DNA from: Carpediemonas membranifera BICM
Lineage: Eukaryota > Protista > Fornicata
DNA length: 64,000 nucleotides
NCBI GenBank assembly: GCA_019828565.1
Contig: JAHDYR010000062.1
Coordinates: 235,666-299,665, forward strand
Direction: 5' to 3'
This document shows positions 42,670 to 55,074 of the stretch, piece by piece; the stretch's first letter is position 1; each line of letters opens with the position of its first letter. Position numbers and translations under genes: made by a program. Under the pieces are notes generated by a model. The model did not search any database, had not been told where the DNA came from, and saw only the letters and a program-made list of their open reading frames with translations.

Positions 42670-43584
42670 CGATGGGAATTGATATGTTGGTGTTACTGGT
42701 TGTTGGAGCCCCTGCTCCCTCGGCCCTTCTTCCCCCTGCCGTGTCGAGGGCGAAAATAATCGTCCTCCTCCTTCTTGTGACCCTTCTCCTTGGCCTTGAA
42801 GAAGAGCTCATCGATCTCCTCCTCGGTGCGGATCTTGCGGGCTTGGCTAGAAAGAAGCCTGGAATTTGCCCACAGTTGCATCGGACCAGTTGTCATCCTT
42901 CATGTTGAGGGCCTTTCGTCTGCAGAAGATCTCGTGGTTGAGCCGCTTGCGGGCCGTGGGCTCCATCTTGGAAGATTGGATCAGGGCATGGATTCGTCTT
43001 ATCCAGCGGGCCTCCTCATTGAGGGCTCTCTTGCTTGGAAGATCGACCATGGAATCGATGTATTCCATTGCAAGCAGTGGGTCCTCTTCTTCTTCCTCCT
43101 CTTCTTCTTCTGGTTCTGTGGGCTCCTTCTTGTCCTCCGTCTGAAAGTTGAGCGCTGTCGGTTCATCTTCGGTTTCTTTCTCATTATTTTCAGCCAACTT
43201 GGTTAGAAGTGCTTCAATATTGTTAAACCGGGAAGATAGATCAGAAACGGCTTGTGCCGTCGCTGCTAGCGACAACTCTTCTGGCATTGTCCTTATCCTG
43301 CACATTGCGCCAAAACCCATCACCCGAGGTGATAAATCTCAGACACCTGATGTGGTGCCAGCTAGACTAGATGTCTGACACATCCGGCCATATAACATGG
43401 CCAACTAACATATAATCACCGACCCAGAGGGAACCACTCACCCAGAGGACACACTACTACCGCTACTCTCTCACACTACAATAACCTCGCATTGTTATAG
43501 CGGGAGCGGATCAAGGCGCCAGCGAAACCATTTCGCTTCGACGAACGCGTTTAAAGATTGTTTGGAATGATTAGGAGCGCAGCG

Positions 43585-44860
43585 TTAAAGACGCTTCGCG
43601 CTAGGCCGCAGCAGACTCCTTGTCGCTTCGCGGACGAAGAGAGGCTCGTTGCGCATAGCCTGTCCGATGTAAGAGCGCAAACTACGAACCTCCCGCCATG
43701 TACCCATGGCGAGCAGAGCCTCAAGGGGTGTACCAGAGACTGCAAGCTCGGACGCAGCGCCCTTTCGAAAGGAGTGCCATCCTCACCCTCGACCAAAGAC
43801 CTGCTGAACATCGCGGAGTAGTCCCGTGGCAGAGCGCTCGCGCTTCCTGCTGTACGCTCGGCTGCTAATCACCTCTCTCCAAAGACGGGCGTCGGGCTTG
43901 AGGGCCAAACCTCTGACCCATCGTCGCAGGGCGTCGGCGGGGTTGAACCCATGGATCCAGACGTTGGTGACCCTCTTGCTAATGGCTACCATAGTCTTTG
44001 TCCGCGGGATGGCTAGGATTGCATCCCCTCTGCGATCGAACTTGACTTGAGCCGGCGTAAGGTTGAATATCTCTCTTCCCCTGCTGACGGTGAGGAAGCA
44101 AAGAGAGGCAAAGAGCACGGCCTGGTACGTCTTGGGACAGCGGTTTCTCTTACGGATCGCGGAGAGCATGGCTGTCCGATAGATGGGTCGCGCGCCACCT
44201 GTGAGCCCGGCTAGGGATGCACGCTTCACCGCCTCCCGCTGAATTGCCTTATAGTCTCTTGGGACGGTGAACGAAGACCACCTCGGCGCCGCCTTGACAA
44301 TCCAGTAGGCCTTGCGCCCCACTGAGTCTGGCCCCGATGTCTGCCCTTCGGTCCGGAGGAAGGACCTGAGTTGCTCGGCGTCAGAGAGCGTTGGGTCACG
44401 AGAGCTGAGGAACTTGAGTACCCATCCTGCGACCGACCGACGTCCTTGCTCCTCGAGGTGGGCGAGCTGATCAGATAGTCTGATGTCATCGAAGTTTGGA
44501 AGGCGAGAGCCACGAGCCTTGTTCGATCGCCCTTCTGCTGGTTGGGAAGGCTGAAGTACCGGCGAAGGTGGGCCCTCTGCTTCAGGAGTCTCAGCTCGGG
44601 GGACATGATGTGGGGTACGAGCACGAAGATCCCCGAGATCCAAGTCCTCGGATGGGCAGTAGGTTGCGTCGGAGTCACAGCTCTGAGGACTATCGGGACT
44701 ATCTGGCGAATAATAGCAGGATCCATCGTCAGTACTCGTCGACCCATCCAGTCCTTGGGCCCCGCTCCCTGCCACACCGAAGTGACGGGACCCCACTCCT
44801 GAAGGAGTTGCTCTGTGATCTGGGAGCTGTCCTCCACGGCAGGTATGCCACGAGAGAGAC
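43585..44860 (-). pseudogene. DIRS-C 3' fragment: RT-ORF tail + tyrosine recombinase with internal TGA
   Basis: SRGRE, RTKT; an in-frame TGA at 43783-43785 is followed by GWHSFRKG..GTW..RSY and a stop at 43585. Confidence 0.88.
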
Positions 44861-45992
44861 CAGAGGACTCCTGAGAGACTGGAAGGTCAGGGTCCAGAGC
44901 AAAGACGTAGACGAGTTCATCGCCAGATGCCCAGAGTGTCAGGTGATGCAAGCCCCACCGCATACCTCGGATGCTGGTCTTCACACTGCGGTTGAGAGAC
45001 CGTTCATGCGTGTCGCCATGGACACCATGTCAGCCCCCTCTTGCTGGGTCGACGGGGTCGAGTACAAGTATATCTTGGTCGTCATCGATATGTGCTCTCG
45101 GTGGACCGAGCTGATCCCGTTGAAAACGACACGGGCGGTCGAGACGGCCAGGGCCTTTGTCAACCACTGGATCCTCAGGTTTGGTACGCCGAGGATAGTG
45201 CAGACGGACGGTGGCTCTCAGTTCCGCAACGCGGTATTCAACGATCTCGCAGAGAGAGTCGGTTTCAAGATGGAGAAGACCACCGCGTATCATCCCCAGT
45301 CCAACGGACTTGTTGAACGAGCCAACGTTTCGATCAAGGCAATCCTGACAGCACGGCGTTTCGAGCTGAGGAGCAACGAGTGGGTAGATAGCCTCCGTAT
45401 AGCTCAATATCTCGTCAATTCGCTGCCGAGAGTCCCTCTGAGACTCTCACCCGCTGAGATCATTTATGGTTTCTCGATGAGAGAGCCGGGGGCCATGCTG
45501 ATGATCCCTACGGACGAGAGCGTGCTGGTTGGGCGACGCGAGGACTGGTTAGTGGAGGCTGAAGCCTGTCGCACGCTCGCAGCGGAAAGGGTTCGAGCGA
45601 AGCGTCTTCTGGCGCAGTTCAAGCCTGACGCCAGACCCGAGGTCACCACACCCTATGTACTGGTCGCGTATCCCGAGAGGCCGCCAGACAAGTTTGCTGG
45701 AGGTCTTAGAGGACCGATGGCGCGAGTTTCGACTCACCACGAGTATAAAAAGGTGGTTGCGTATACCGTTCGTGACCTGCACTCGCTGAAGCAGTTCAGA
45801 GTCGACGCGTCACGCGTGGTACCATTTCGCCATGAGGGCATATCCACCGAGCAGGTTCAACGCCTGGCAGACACTATCGCTCCAGAGTTCGAGGTCGACA
45901 AGATCCTTGACTCACGCCCACTGGAGGCAGACGCACAGCACCCAGCTAGCGTCGAGGAGCGAGAGTACCTCGTCCAGTGGAAGGGCTACGAG
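44861..45992 (+). pseudogene. Gypsy integrase + partial chromodomain fragment
   Basis: CPECQ, MDTM, QTDGG..F, HPQSNGLVER, FEVDKIL..YLVQWKGY; cut by an LTR at 45993. Confidence 0.92.
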
Positions 45993-46093
45993 TGTAGTGC
46001 ACCTGATTCATTATTTTGATTTGGTCCTCATTGGTCTTTGTTGACACATGTGTGTCGTAATAAAGTACTTCCTCTTCTTCCTGGTGTACCACA
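45993..46093 (+). repeat. 101-bp 5' LTR
   Basis: Imperfect terminal inverted repeat TGTAGTGCACC...GGTGTACCACA; AATAAA; interrupts a chromodomain; gag ATG 15 nt downstream. Confidence 0.8.
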
Positions 46094-46108
46094 GTAATTA
46101 CTGTATCG

Positions 46109-46936
46109 ATGCAATTCCAGGTCCCCGATTTATTCGTAGCCCCTTATTTGAAGACTCCTACCGCCGAAGCTTGGCAGGAACACCGCGAGCAGTATTATGC
46201 TTACCGCTCCCGCGGAGGTACGCTCGGCATCCGTCTCCTGATCGCCCGAGATGTCTGGGAAGTCCTCAAGCTCCGTGATCCCACTCTTGGTGACTTCGAG
46301 GTTCCTGCTGGCGAAGGAGCTGAAGAATCCGTACGGGAGCTCGTCCGTGCAAACGCCGAAGACGACGACGACGACTCCGACGATGCTTGTTCTGATAACG
46401 ACAGCTCTTCGGACGATGACAACGAGGCCCCTATCGACGCTGCTCCTATCCCCGCTCTGGAGAACGACCCTGCAAGCGTGGCTATCGTCAGGCGTATTAA
46501 CGCCACCTTTCAGCCACTCGACAAGCAGGATGCCCTTGATTCCTTCTCCAGGATCCAATGCAAAAAGCGCGGCTCGACGTATCAGAACGCCCTTAATTAC
46601 GTGTTCCTCTATCAGCGGCAGTTGGAAAACTGTGCTGACGTTAAGCCTCCTACCAAGCGCCTTGTGCGACGGTTCATCGGTGGGCTCGAACCGGAACGTC
46701 TACGCGATCGTGTAATGACCATCGCGCCCAGAGACGATCTCCAAGCCGCCTTCAAGGCTGCCCTAGAGCAAAGCCGCCACATTGAGCAAACCCAGCGTGA
46801 AACCCGTCATCTGGACGCCCAGCGAGAAGAGCGTCGTGTCTCCGATCATCCCAAAGCTACGAATCCCCCGACATGCTCGTACTGCCACAAGACAGGCCAT
46901 ACAGCCGACCGGTGCTTCGCCGATGCTACGGGGTGA
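46109..46936 (+). CDS. Gypsy gag with CCHC knuckle (pol deleted)
   Basis: RRFIGGLEP..LR; CSYCHKTGHTADRC. Confidence 0.85.
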   Translation: MQFQVPDLFVAPYLKTPTAEAWQEHREQYYAYRSRGGTLGIRLLIARDVWEVLKLRDPTLGDFEVPAGEGAEESVRELVRANAEDDDDDSDDACSDNDSSSDDDNEAPIDAAPIPALENDPASVAIVRRINATFQPLDKQDALDSFSRIQCKKRGSTYQNALNYVFLYQRQLENCADVKPPTKRLVRRFIGGLEPERLRDRVMTIAPRDDLQAAFKAALEQSRHIEQTQRETRHLDAQREERRVSDHPKATNPPTCSYCHKTGHTADRCFADATG

Positions 46937-47297
46937 CACGGTGAAGCAAGATGGCGTGCCAGTAGCGTACATGGTTAAGGACGTGAACGGTGACGGCAAG
47001 TGGCTGCGGGTGGCAGCAGGTCGAGTAGCGCCATTTGACCAGGGCGACTTGACTGACGAACAAGTGGCAACCCTGTCAGCAACGACCGACGACGAATACC
47101 TGGTACAGGAAGTCATGGGCCACAAGGGTGACCTAAGACGCAAGCGCCAATGCGAGTTCCTCATACGTTGGGCCGGGTACGAGCCGGTGGAAGACTCACT
47201 TGAACCGTTCGAGAACGTTGACGGCACGGTAGCAGTGTCGGACTACATCAAGAACAAGCTAGCAGAGAAGATGTACATAGGGCAGGTCAAGTCGTAA
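46930..47297 (+). pseudogene. Integrase C-terminus + chromodomain remnant
   Basis: VAYMVKD..RV..LTDEQV..DDEYLVQEVMGH..FLIRWAGYEPVEDSLEP, homologous to the end of 56341-60270. Confidence 0.88.
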
Positions 47298-47348
47298 ATG
47301 GCCAGCCTCATCCAGCTAGATTTTTATCAGTCGTTTATTAATCAAGAC

Positions 47349-48670
47349 TTACACCAGAACAGAACCGATTCTCTCTCCATTCGGGCCCACGTCACGGATG
47401 CAGTAGTCGAGCAACTCGGGATGGTCGTCGAAGAAGGGCTTGACTCTATCCATCGAGGCCATGTCGACGGTGGGCTGAACGATGGAAGATGTGTCGTTCT
47501 CGCGACCGGCAACCGTCTCATACGTCATCAGAAGGCGGAGAGCGCGACCATCCAGGGGCGGGGCAGGCATGAGACCGGGGGAGTAGCCCGGGGATGCGCC
47601 CGGCTCGAGGCAGCGCCAAAACTCAAAGCCCGCGAGCAGAGAACGGGAGAAGTGGCCGAAGTGGGCGCCATCGCGGCAAGACCGAATCTCCGCAATGTAC
47701 TGCCGCACGAAGCAGCGGACCTCGTAGTCGGAGAGCAGGTCCTGGCACTGGCCAACCAGAAGAAGCTGGTATGTGGCCGGGTCGTGGCCGAGCATGATGG
47801 CCCGCTCGAGGTGGGGGCGCATGACGGTGCGACCAAGGCCGGAGATACGAGAAATCTGCTCGCCGAGCGCGGCGGGACAGAGGGTCGGCACCGACGCATC
47901 CAGGCGGCCGAGGAAAGCAGCGATAATCTCGCTATCCGACGGGTCGGAACTGTCGGTGGTCATTGAGACCCGGAGACTGCGAAGGTGCCGCGAAATGGCT
48001 AGCAACACCAAGCCGTCACGGGACAGGTCACGAAGAGCGTGATGCGACCGCTCACTAGTGGTCAGATGACCGTATCGCGACAGCCGGCCGCGCACAAGTG
48101 CTCGTAGCTCTGCTCTAACGTCAGCACTAACGTAGGAGATCGCGGTGGCCTGTAGTCCGTTAGGGACAAGAAAGCTTTACAGGGAAAAGAGACGACACCA
48201 AATGTGTCGACAGAAACCTGAAGACGATGTAAATAATACAACTATGTAAATATTGGGTAAGACCCACGACAGGCCTGCACACGGGAGACCATCTCGGACA
48301 GCTGGGGTTCGGCCTCGACGGGGTCGTTAGGCGCGGTAGCCTCGGCCTGCACGGGTGCCTCCGTCTCCTCGGGCGTAGGGTGAGGCTCATCATCCTCAGC
48401 GGCGGCGTCATCAGCTTCGTCGGCGCTGGATCCGGCGTCCTCGGTGCTGGGCGCAGGCGGCAAGTCTCCAGCAGGAGCAGACGGTGAGGTAGCATCGTCG
48501 GATGTGACAGAGGCGGGCGCGGGAGCGAACACGGCACGGTAGGTACGTTGCCGGTTCGGAAGCTGGTCTTCTTGCACATGCTTGTCGAGAAGCCGCTTGA
48601 ACGCGGTCCGAGCGCGTGACGTAGTGAAAAACGGCAGCAAATGCCTTACTAGCTCGTCAAAGTTGCTCAT
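47349..48670 (-). pseudogene. Antisense accessory ORF (~398 aa once the solo LTR is removed)
   Basis: Shares ARTAFKR, YGHL, RDGLVLLA.SR, PHL.RAIMLG.DP and FF..HPEL..YC with 50250-51494 and 55075-56307; excising 125 bp restores the frame. Confidence 0.88.
48151..48271 (-). repeat. 121-bp solo LTR (same family as 54301 and 60289)
   Basis: TSD GGCC (48147-48150, 48272-48275); closely similar to 54301-54421. Confidence 0.95.
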
Positions 48671-49438
48671 TCGTGTAGATCGCTCTGTCACTCGAAGTGA
48701 CAGCACGCGATCAATGGAAAACAAAGAAGAAGAACAAAACGGAGCGGATCTACAGGCCAATAGGCACACAATTGACGCGGATGATGTTGATTACTTATGG
48801 CGGGTGGCTTAAGGCCAAGCTCGCATGGCGAAGAGGCAAGGAAAATTACAGAAGCCAGAACTCGCGATTGAGACCTCGTTGAGGCCTCTAGAGGCCTTTT
48901 TTGGGCCTTTGATGTTGTTATTATCTATGAATGCAGCTCCTGGAGCTGATAATGGTGGTTAATTGCAAAGTGGCCAAGGATTTACGTCCCTGATTTACGC
49001 TCATGTAAGTTTTCCAATTGAGACTGGAAACGCCCAGGACAGTGTGTGAGACACACTTGGCTGTTGCGAAGTGGCACAAGTGGCCGTTTAGTCGGAGATA
49101 GCGACTAGAGATTTTAGACAGAGTTGGTGTGAGTTACCCACTAACTTAGCAGCGCTGCAGATCATGATAACTCTTGCTTGATTGCTTGATAGCTCTTGAC
49201 CCGAAGGCTGCAGGATGTGCGCCGGTGCTAGCCACACCGGGTTGGGCGATGCTTGGCCGCTGACCCTAGTAGCACATGCCTCGCGAGCATGGAGGGGTAG
49301 AGAGGTGCACTTACACAGGACACGACACATGCAAGGACAGTAGACCCGACGGGGTCCAGGAGAAATGACGATAACCCAGCGGGCAGTCCGGTCGACTGCC
49401 GATGGGTCCCCATGATGCTCGCCGAGCATGTGGGCCAG

Positions 49439-49633
49439 TGTGGTGGTCATAGACCACACTAATCATTTATACAGTTTAAGCCATTTATTGGCACAAGGGT
49501 TTTCTCTTCTTCTTTCCCTATAAAAGCATTCTCCGCATTAGCGAGGCACATTAACGTTAATTCCCCTCAAATGCTGAAGAAATCCGATCCCCCGTTGCTG
49601 AAGTCGCCAGATCTGAACGAACTGTTCCTCTAC
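49439..49633 (+). mobile_element. 5' stub of another Gypsy element: ~112-bp LTR, palindrome, first gag codons
   Basis: TGTG...CACA (49439-49550; start could be 49429); MLKKSDPPLLKSPDLNELFLY resembles gag MNDKKRLIPPLLTIPSVEALIAF. Confidence 0.65.
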
Positions 49634-50249
49634 TCAGGCGTATGCCACTCGAACGAATGTGCGATGAGGGACTTGACCAGTCCCGAGACCTCCGATGCCA
49701 CTCATTGGTCTACGAGACTCTGTACCATGGCAGGGTACAGGGTGAATGCCTTGTTCAAGTCGGGAGCCAGAATTGGCGGGGTGAATCTGAAAGATTCGGA
49801 AAATATCTGCGGATCTCAAAATCCTATCGTGGTACCACTTTTTAGCGCGCTGTGTAATTAGAATGATCTTACGTGAGGCATTCCGCCCCTCCACGGTCGT
49901 AAAACGGCCGTTTGAATATTGATTAGATCAAATGAGCGCCTAAAACTGCTCACTGTGATGATCTTTGTGTTTCTCTTGGTATGTACTTCACGTCGCCGTC
50001 CTTATTACATAGAGATCGAAAAACGTCATTAGAAGCCTCAATTCGGCTTCGTTCGCGAGTTCTCGCGTTTTTTGCTCTCGACGGTGCGACGTTCTCTCTC
50101 GCGGCTGCAAAAGGCCGCGTTCATCCTTAATAACATCAATCGGGCTTGAATTAGCCGTAAAACAGTGTCTTTCAAGTTCCATTGAGGTTGGTTGCTACTT
50201 CTTTCGAGTTGTTGTTTTCTCAGTGAAAACGGGAAGTGACGAACGAGCA

Positions 50250-51494
50250 ATGTCCGACGTACGTGAGCAGATTACGCAGATGCTGGCGCTATTTGATGAG
50301 GAGAAAGCCCGAAAGGCCTTCAAACGCTTCTTGAACCGCTATCTCGATCGTGCCCGTTTTTTCAACTCAGCCAGCGACTACCACGCTTTGTTCAGCGCAC
50401 CTGCTCCTACAAACGTGACATCTATCCGGGACACCTCTACTGAGAGCGTTACGAGTGCTCCGGTCACTTCTTGTGTGCGTTCGCCGACGCCGGGCGGTGA
50501 CGAAAGCCCGGAGGAGGCTGAGACGGTGAGTGGTGATGCTGGCTCTCCACGTGAGAACCGTGGTGACTCGTGCGAGGCCGAGACCGCTCGTAGCGATGAT
50601 GAATCCCGGCCAACGGGTCACGGCGACTCGGGGTCGGGTGAGGAAACCGAGGTCTCGCCGCTCTTCTCTCTGGAGGAGATGATCACCGCTGTTGCCGCAG
50701 AGGGCGTGAGTTACATCACTCTAGACATGTCTGGTACCTTGCGGGCGCTCCGCGCCGGGATGCTCAACTCATATGGGCATCTCGCCGCAACGGAGAACGC
50801 TTCTTCCGTTGCGCGTGACATCTGTCGCGATGGTCTCGTGTTGCTGGCGCTATCGCGCGAGTACCACACTCGGGCTATGTGTGGTCGGCCTGGCGATCCC
50901 ACCGATCAGGATCTGGTGGCTTTGCACCTCCGCCGCCTCGACGCGACCTCGCGTACGCTCTGTCATCAGGGTTTGCGCGAGCGTATTCAGCTTCTCTCGG
51001 GGCGTGGTCACACCGTCATGACCCCTCATCTGCGTCGCGCCATAATGTTAGGTAATGACCCAGACCTGTATGACATGATGGTCGTGGGCCACGCGCAGGG
51101 CATCCTAGACGCTGCTGACGTGCGAGAGTTCAGCCGCCAATACATTGAAGCAATCCGGACCCCCACTGGTTTCGGTCATGTGCGCCACTCTTTGATGGAC
51201 AACTTCCTGTTCGATGTCCCCAACAATGACGTCCTGCCCGTCGCGCTCGATCATAACGAGCCACGTCGTGTGTATGTGCTTGAGGCAATCGTTGGCCACC
51301 ATCTGCATGAGAATTCCCTGCGTCTGCTCGTGCACTATGCTCGACGCGAGTACAGCTCGATTATCCTGGCAACCGAGGCAATCCGTGATAGTCAGGCTGG
51401 GGTCAAGTTCTTTGCTGCTCATCCCGAGCTAGTTCGCTATTGTACCCGGTCTGAGGACGCGAACGGTGCTCTCAGCGGGGGTGTTTTGGAGTGA
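50250..51494 (+). CDS. Antisense accessory protein (414 aa) with chromo-shadow-like C-terminus
   Basis: Intact ORF convergent with pol; homologues at 55075 and 48670. Confidence 0.85.
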   Translation: MSDVREQITQMLALFDEEKARKAFKRFLNRYLDRARFFNSASDYHALFSAPAPTNVTSIRDTSTESVTSAPVTSCVRSPTPGGDESPEEAETVSGDAGSPRENRGDSCEAETARSDDESRPTGHGDSGSGEETEVSPLFSLEEMITAVAAEGVSYITLDMSGTLRALRAGMLNSYGHLAATENASSVARDICRDGLVLLALSREYHTRAMCGRPGDPTDQDLVALHLRRLDATSRTLCHQGLRERIQLLSGRGHTVMTPHLRRAIMLGNDPDLYDMMVVGHAQGILDAADVREFSRQYIEAIRTPTGFGHVRHSLMDNFLFDVPNNDVLPVALDHNEPRRVYVLEAIVGHHLHENSLRLLVHYARREYSSIILATEAIRDSQAGVKFFAAHPELVRYCTRSEDANGALSGGVLE

Positions 51495-51527
51495 GATAAA
51501 GGTTTGGATTGAGTAGCTGCTGAAGGT

Positions 51528-54296
51528 TTACAGACCGGCTTGCCTAGCCTCGTCTGACTTCAGGTATACGTCTAGTGCCTCAAGGTCCTTAACTGACGAA
51601 TAGTCTTGCCACGTGGCCTCTTCGTCTTCGCACCCAGCCCAATGGACGAGGTATTCCCGTTTGGACATCGGGCCTCGACCTCGAGATCGACTGATTCGCT
51701 CAACTTCCCACTCGTCGTCAGCCGTGGCTGCGAGTGCTTTGATCTGATCTTCTGTCAGCCTGCCGGGATTGAACTTCCGAACTCTCGATGCGTCTACCGT
51801 GATCGCTTTCGAGTTGTCCTTCTCAGCTAGGTCTAAAACCTTATACGCGACAACGACACCGTGTTGTTTCACTCCGGCGAGCCTTCGCATTGGCCCTCTC
51901 CATCCAGGTGACAACTTGTTCGGTGGTCTAGAGGGGTACTTGACTAGGACGAACCTGCTAATAATCTCATTCCTCGAGGCAGTAGCCTTTGCGAGGGCGT
52001 CCTCTCTCATCGCCTGGACTCGGCTGCTGGCGAGTTGGACAGCCGCTGCGGCCGCTTCCCTGTGAGACTCACTCGCGCTCGCTGTACTAGAATCAGTCAC
52101 ATACACGTTCTGTGGTATTCTCAGGTCGTACCCGAGTACTATCTCGGCTGGAGACAGACGTGTTGCCGTGCGCGGTGATGAATTGACGATGAACTGGGCG
52201 ACAGGTAGATTCTCGATCCAGGTTGACCCTCTGAGCTGGAACTTACGCGCCTTGAGGATGCGTAATACTTGCTGGTTGGCGCGCTCTACCATCCCATTGG
52301 ATTGCGGGTGGTGAGCCGTGGTAATATGGATCTTGAACCCCATCTCATCTGCGATGCGCTTGAAGAGTTGGTTCTTGAACTCTGGTCCTCCGTCGGATTG
52401 GAGAACCTCAGGGCACCCGAAACGCAATATCCAGTTGTTGACCAGGGCGTCCGCTGCTGCCGCGCCGGTGGTACTCGAAGATGCGACTAGCTCAGTCCAC
52501 CGACTGCACATGTCGATCATGACTGTGATGTAAGCCTTGCCGTCGACGGAGGGGAAAGGCCCCATCGTGTCAACTGCCACCCTACGGAACGGGCGATCTA
52601 CGGCTGTGTGCAATCCTGACGGGCTGTCAACCGGAGGGCGTCTAATCACCTGGCACACCGGGCAGTTTTCGATGACCTTGCTGACAGTCTCACGTGATAC
52701 TGACTTGCCTTGGTCCTTGAGTCGTTCAGTAACTACACGTCGGGAGAGGTGGGCCCCGGCGGTGAGGTGTTCTGCTTCAACGTCATCTTCTGATGCGGAC
52801 TGCATAGCGTACACTCGCGATAAGCCGTCTGCCCCACCGTTATCAAGGCCAGCGACGTGCTTGACGTCGAAGTCCATGTCGGACATAGCCTCAGCCCATC
52901 TGCGGACCTTGGCGTTAGTCGACTTGTACATGTAAATCAGGTTGCGATGGTCCGTGAGAAGGGTGAACTTTCCCCAGGAGAGGTACTTGTTCCATCGCTT
53001 AATGGCGGCGACGATGGCGAATGCCTCCTTCTCTCCGACCGACCATCGCGATTGCACTTGGTCAAAGGCCTTGCTCATAAAGCACACGGGTTGGCCTTCC
53101 TGCAATAGCACAGCGCCGTAGCCTACTCCTGACGCGTCGGTCATGATGGTGTGCTCCTTGGACGCATCGAAGATGGCGAGTGCTTCTGCTTGGGCGAGCA
53201 GTGTCTTGACTTTGCGTAATGCTTGCTCTTGCTCGTCGCCTCCCAGCGGGATCTTGGCGGCCATCGCTTGTGTCAAGGGGTGAACGACTTCTGCGAACCC
53301 GGGGACGTGGTCCCGGAAGTAGTTGAGGAACCCGACGAGCGCTTGCATTCCTTTGACTGATTTGGGCATTTCGAGATCGAGGATGTCTTGAATGCGGTCT
53401 GCTGCGATGCGTTGACAACCATGGGATATGACCCTGCCCAGGAACTCGACCTCGGCCCTCGAAAACTGGCATTTGTCACGGTTGAGCTGTAACTTGACCT
53501 GTCGGGTGCGCTGCAGAACGCTCTCGAGGTTTCTGAGGTAGTCTTCCTCGTCTTCCCCGAAGACGATGATATCGTCGATATATATGTAACACGCGTGACC
53601 GACCAGTTCGGCGAACGCTGACTCCATGGCGCGCTGAAAGTGAGCTCCTGCGTTCCTTAGCCCGAAGGGCATCCTAGTGTATTGATATTGACCTAGAATG
53701 GTGGTGAACGCAGTGTACTTGCGGCAGCGTTTGGTCAGTTCGACCTGGTGATAACCCGACGACAGGTCTAGTGTGGCGAAGATCTTCTTGTTGGGTTGTT
53801 GGGCGATCACCTCGTCGATCATTGGGATCGGGTAGTCGAAAGTGGGGGTGATCTCGTTGATCTGCCGGAAATCCACGACGAAGCGCGACTTCCCGCCCTT
53901 CTTCGGCACCGTCATGGCCGGGGATGCGTACGGTGAGTTGCTTCTCTCGATAAACCCCTTCAAGGACAGCTCGTCGATGTGCTCCCGTATTATGTCGACC
54001 TTGGCTGGTGGGACGAAGTATGGTCTGGCGTTGACCACTTGGTCCTCGCGTAGGATGAGGTCATACGGCTCGAGGCGGCTGGGTTCGCTACGGTCCTCGA
54101 ACACGTCGCTATAACGTCTGATGAGCTCGGCCTGCCGGTCGATGCTGGTCTGCGACAAAGAAAACAATGGTGCCTGATACTTGTACACGTCCGGAATCTC
54201 GATCTCGTTATCATCTTGCTCGTCGGTGTAGGCTTGGGGAAGGATTCCCAGTGCTACCATGTCTGGATATCCGATAATCATGTCGAACTCAGTGTC
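51528..54296 (-). pseudogene. Pol 3' part (RT, RNase H, integrase, chromodomain) of the older copy
   Basis: YIDD, TDAS, CPVC, DDE core, WEVERI..YLVHWAG..ATWQ. Confidence 0.95.
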
Positions 54297-55074
54297 AAGT
54301 TGTAGTCCGTTTAGGACAAGAACACTTTATGAGGAAAAGAGACGACACCAAAAGTGTCGACAGAAACCTGAAGACTATGTAAATAATGTTACTATGTAAA
54401 TATTGGGTAAGACCCACGACACCGCCCCTCCATGGACCCCAAAGGGGCCATGGCCTCAGGCGTATGCCACTCGTACTGATGTACGATGAGGGACTTGACC
54501 AGTTCCGAGACCTCCGATGCCACTCATTGGACCGCAGAACTCTTGCACCTTGGCGGGGTACAAGGGTGAATACCTTGTTCAAGTCTGGTGCCAGAACTGG
54601 CGATGTGAATCTAAAAGATTCGGAAAATATCTGTGGATCTCAAAAAATCCGGTCGTGGTACCACTGGTTAGCGCGCTATGTAATATGGATGATCTTACGT
54701 GAGGCATTCCGCCCCTCCACGGTCGTAAAACGGCCGTTAGAATTTGAATAGCTCGAATGAGCGTCTAAAACTGCACATTGTGATGATCGTTGTGCTTCTC
54801 TCGGTTTGTACACTACGTCGCCGTACTTCTTATATAGCGTTTGAAAAACGCCCTTAGAGGCCTCAATTCGGCTTCGTTCGCGAGTTCTCGCGTTTTTTGT
54901 TTTGGACGAAGCGACGTTCTCTCTCGCGGCTGTAAAAGCCTTCCTTCGTCATTAATAACATCAGTCGTGCTCAAATTGAGCATAAATACCTGTGTATCCG
55001 GATCTGTTAGTGATGGTTACGGTTTCTTTCGAGTCGTTCATTTCCCAGTGAAAACGGGAAGCAACGAACAGTCA

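Larger units (their letters stand above)
39675..43400 (-). mobile_element. Tyrosine-recombinase retrotransposon DIRS-B (ends approximate)
   Basis: Gag-like 43323-42693 (frameshifted), RT/RH/MT 42669-40771, YR ending at 39799. Confidence 0.88.

Noticed and set aside
39755-43428. Degenerate similarity between 39755-39795 and 43389-43428 as DIRS-B terminal repeats
   Set aside because: Too short and gapped to define the ends; it could be homology with the DIRS-C 3' region.
43783-43785. In-frame TGA as evidence of a variant genetic code
   Set aside because: Single case in a truncated copy; TGA and TAA both end homologous ORFs at the same position (51494 and 56307).
44496-46019. 507-aa ORF as a novel integrase fusion overlapping a DIRS recombinase
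   Set aside because: The N-terminus is antisense read-through of DIRS-C; both partners are 5'-truncated at ~44860, which fits a deletion junction.
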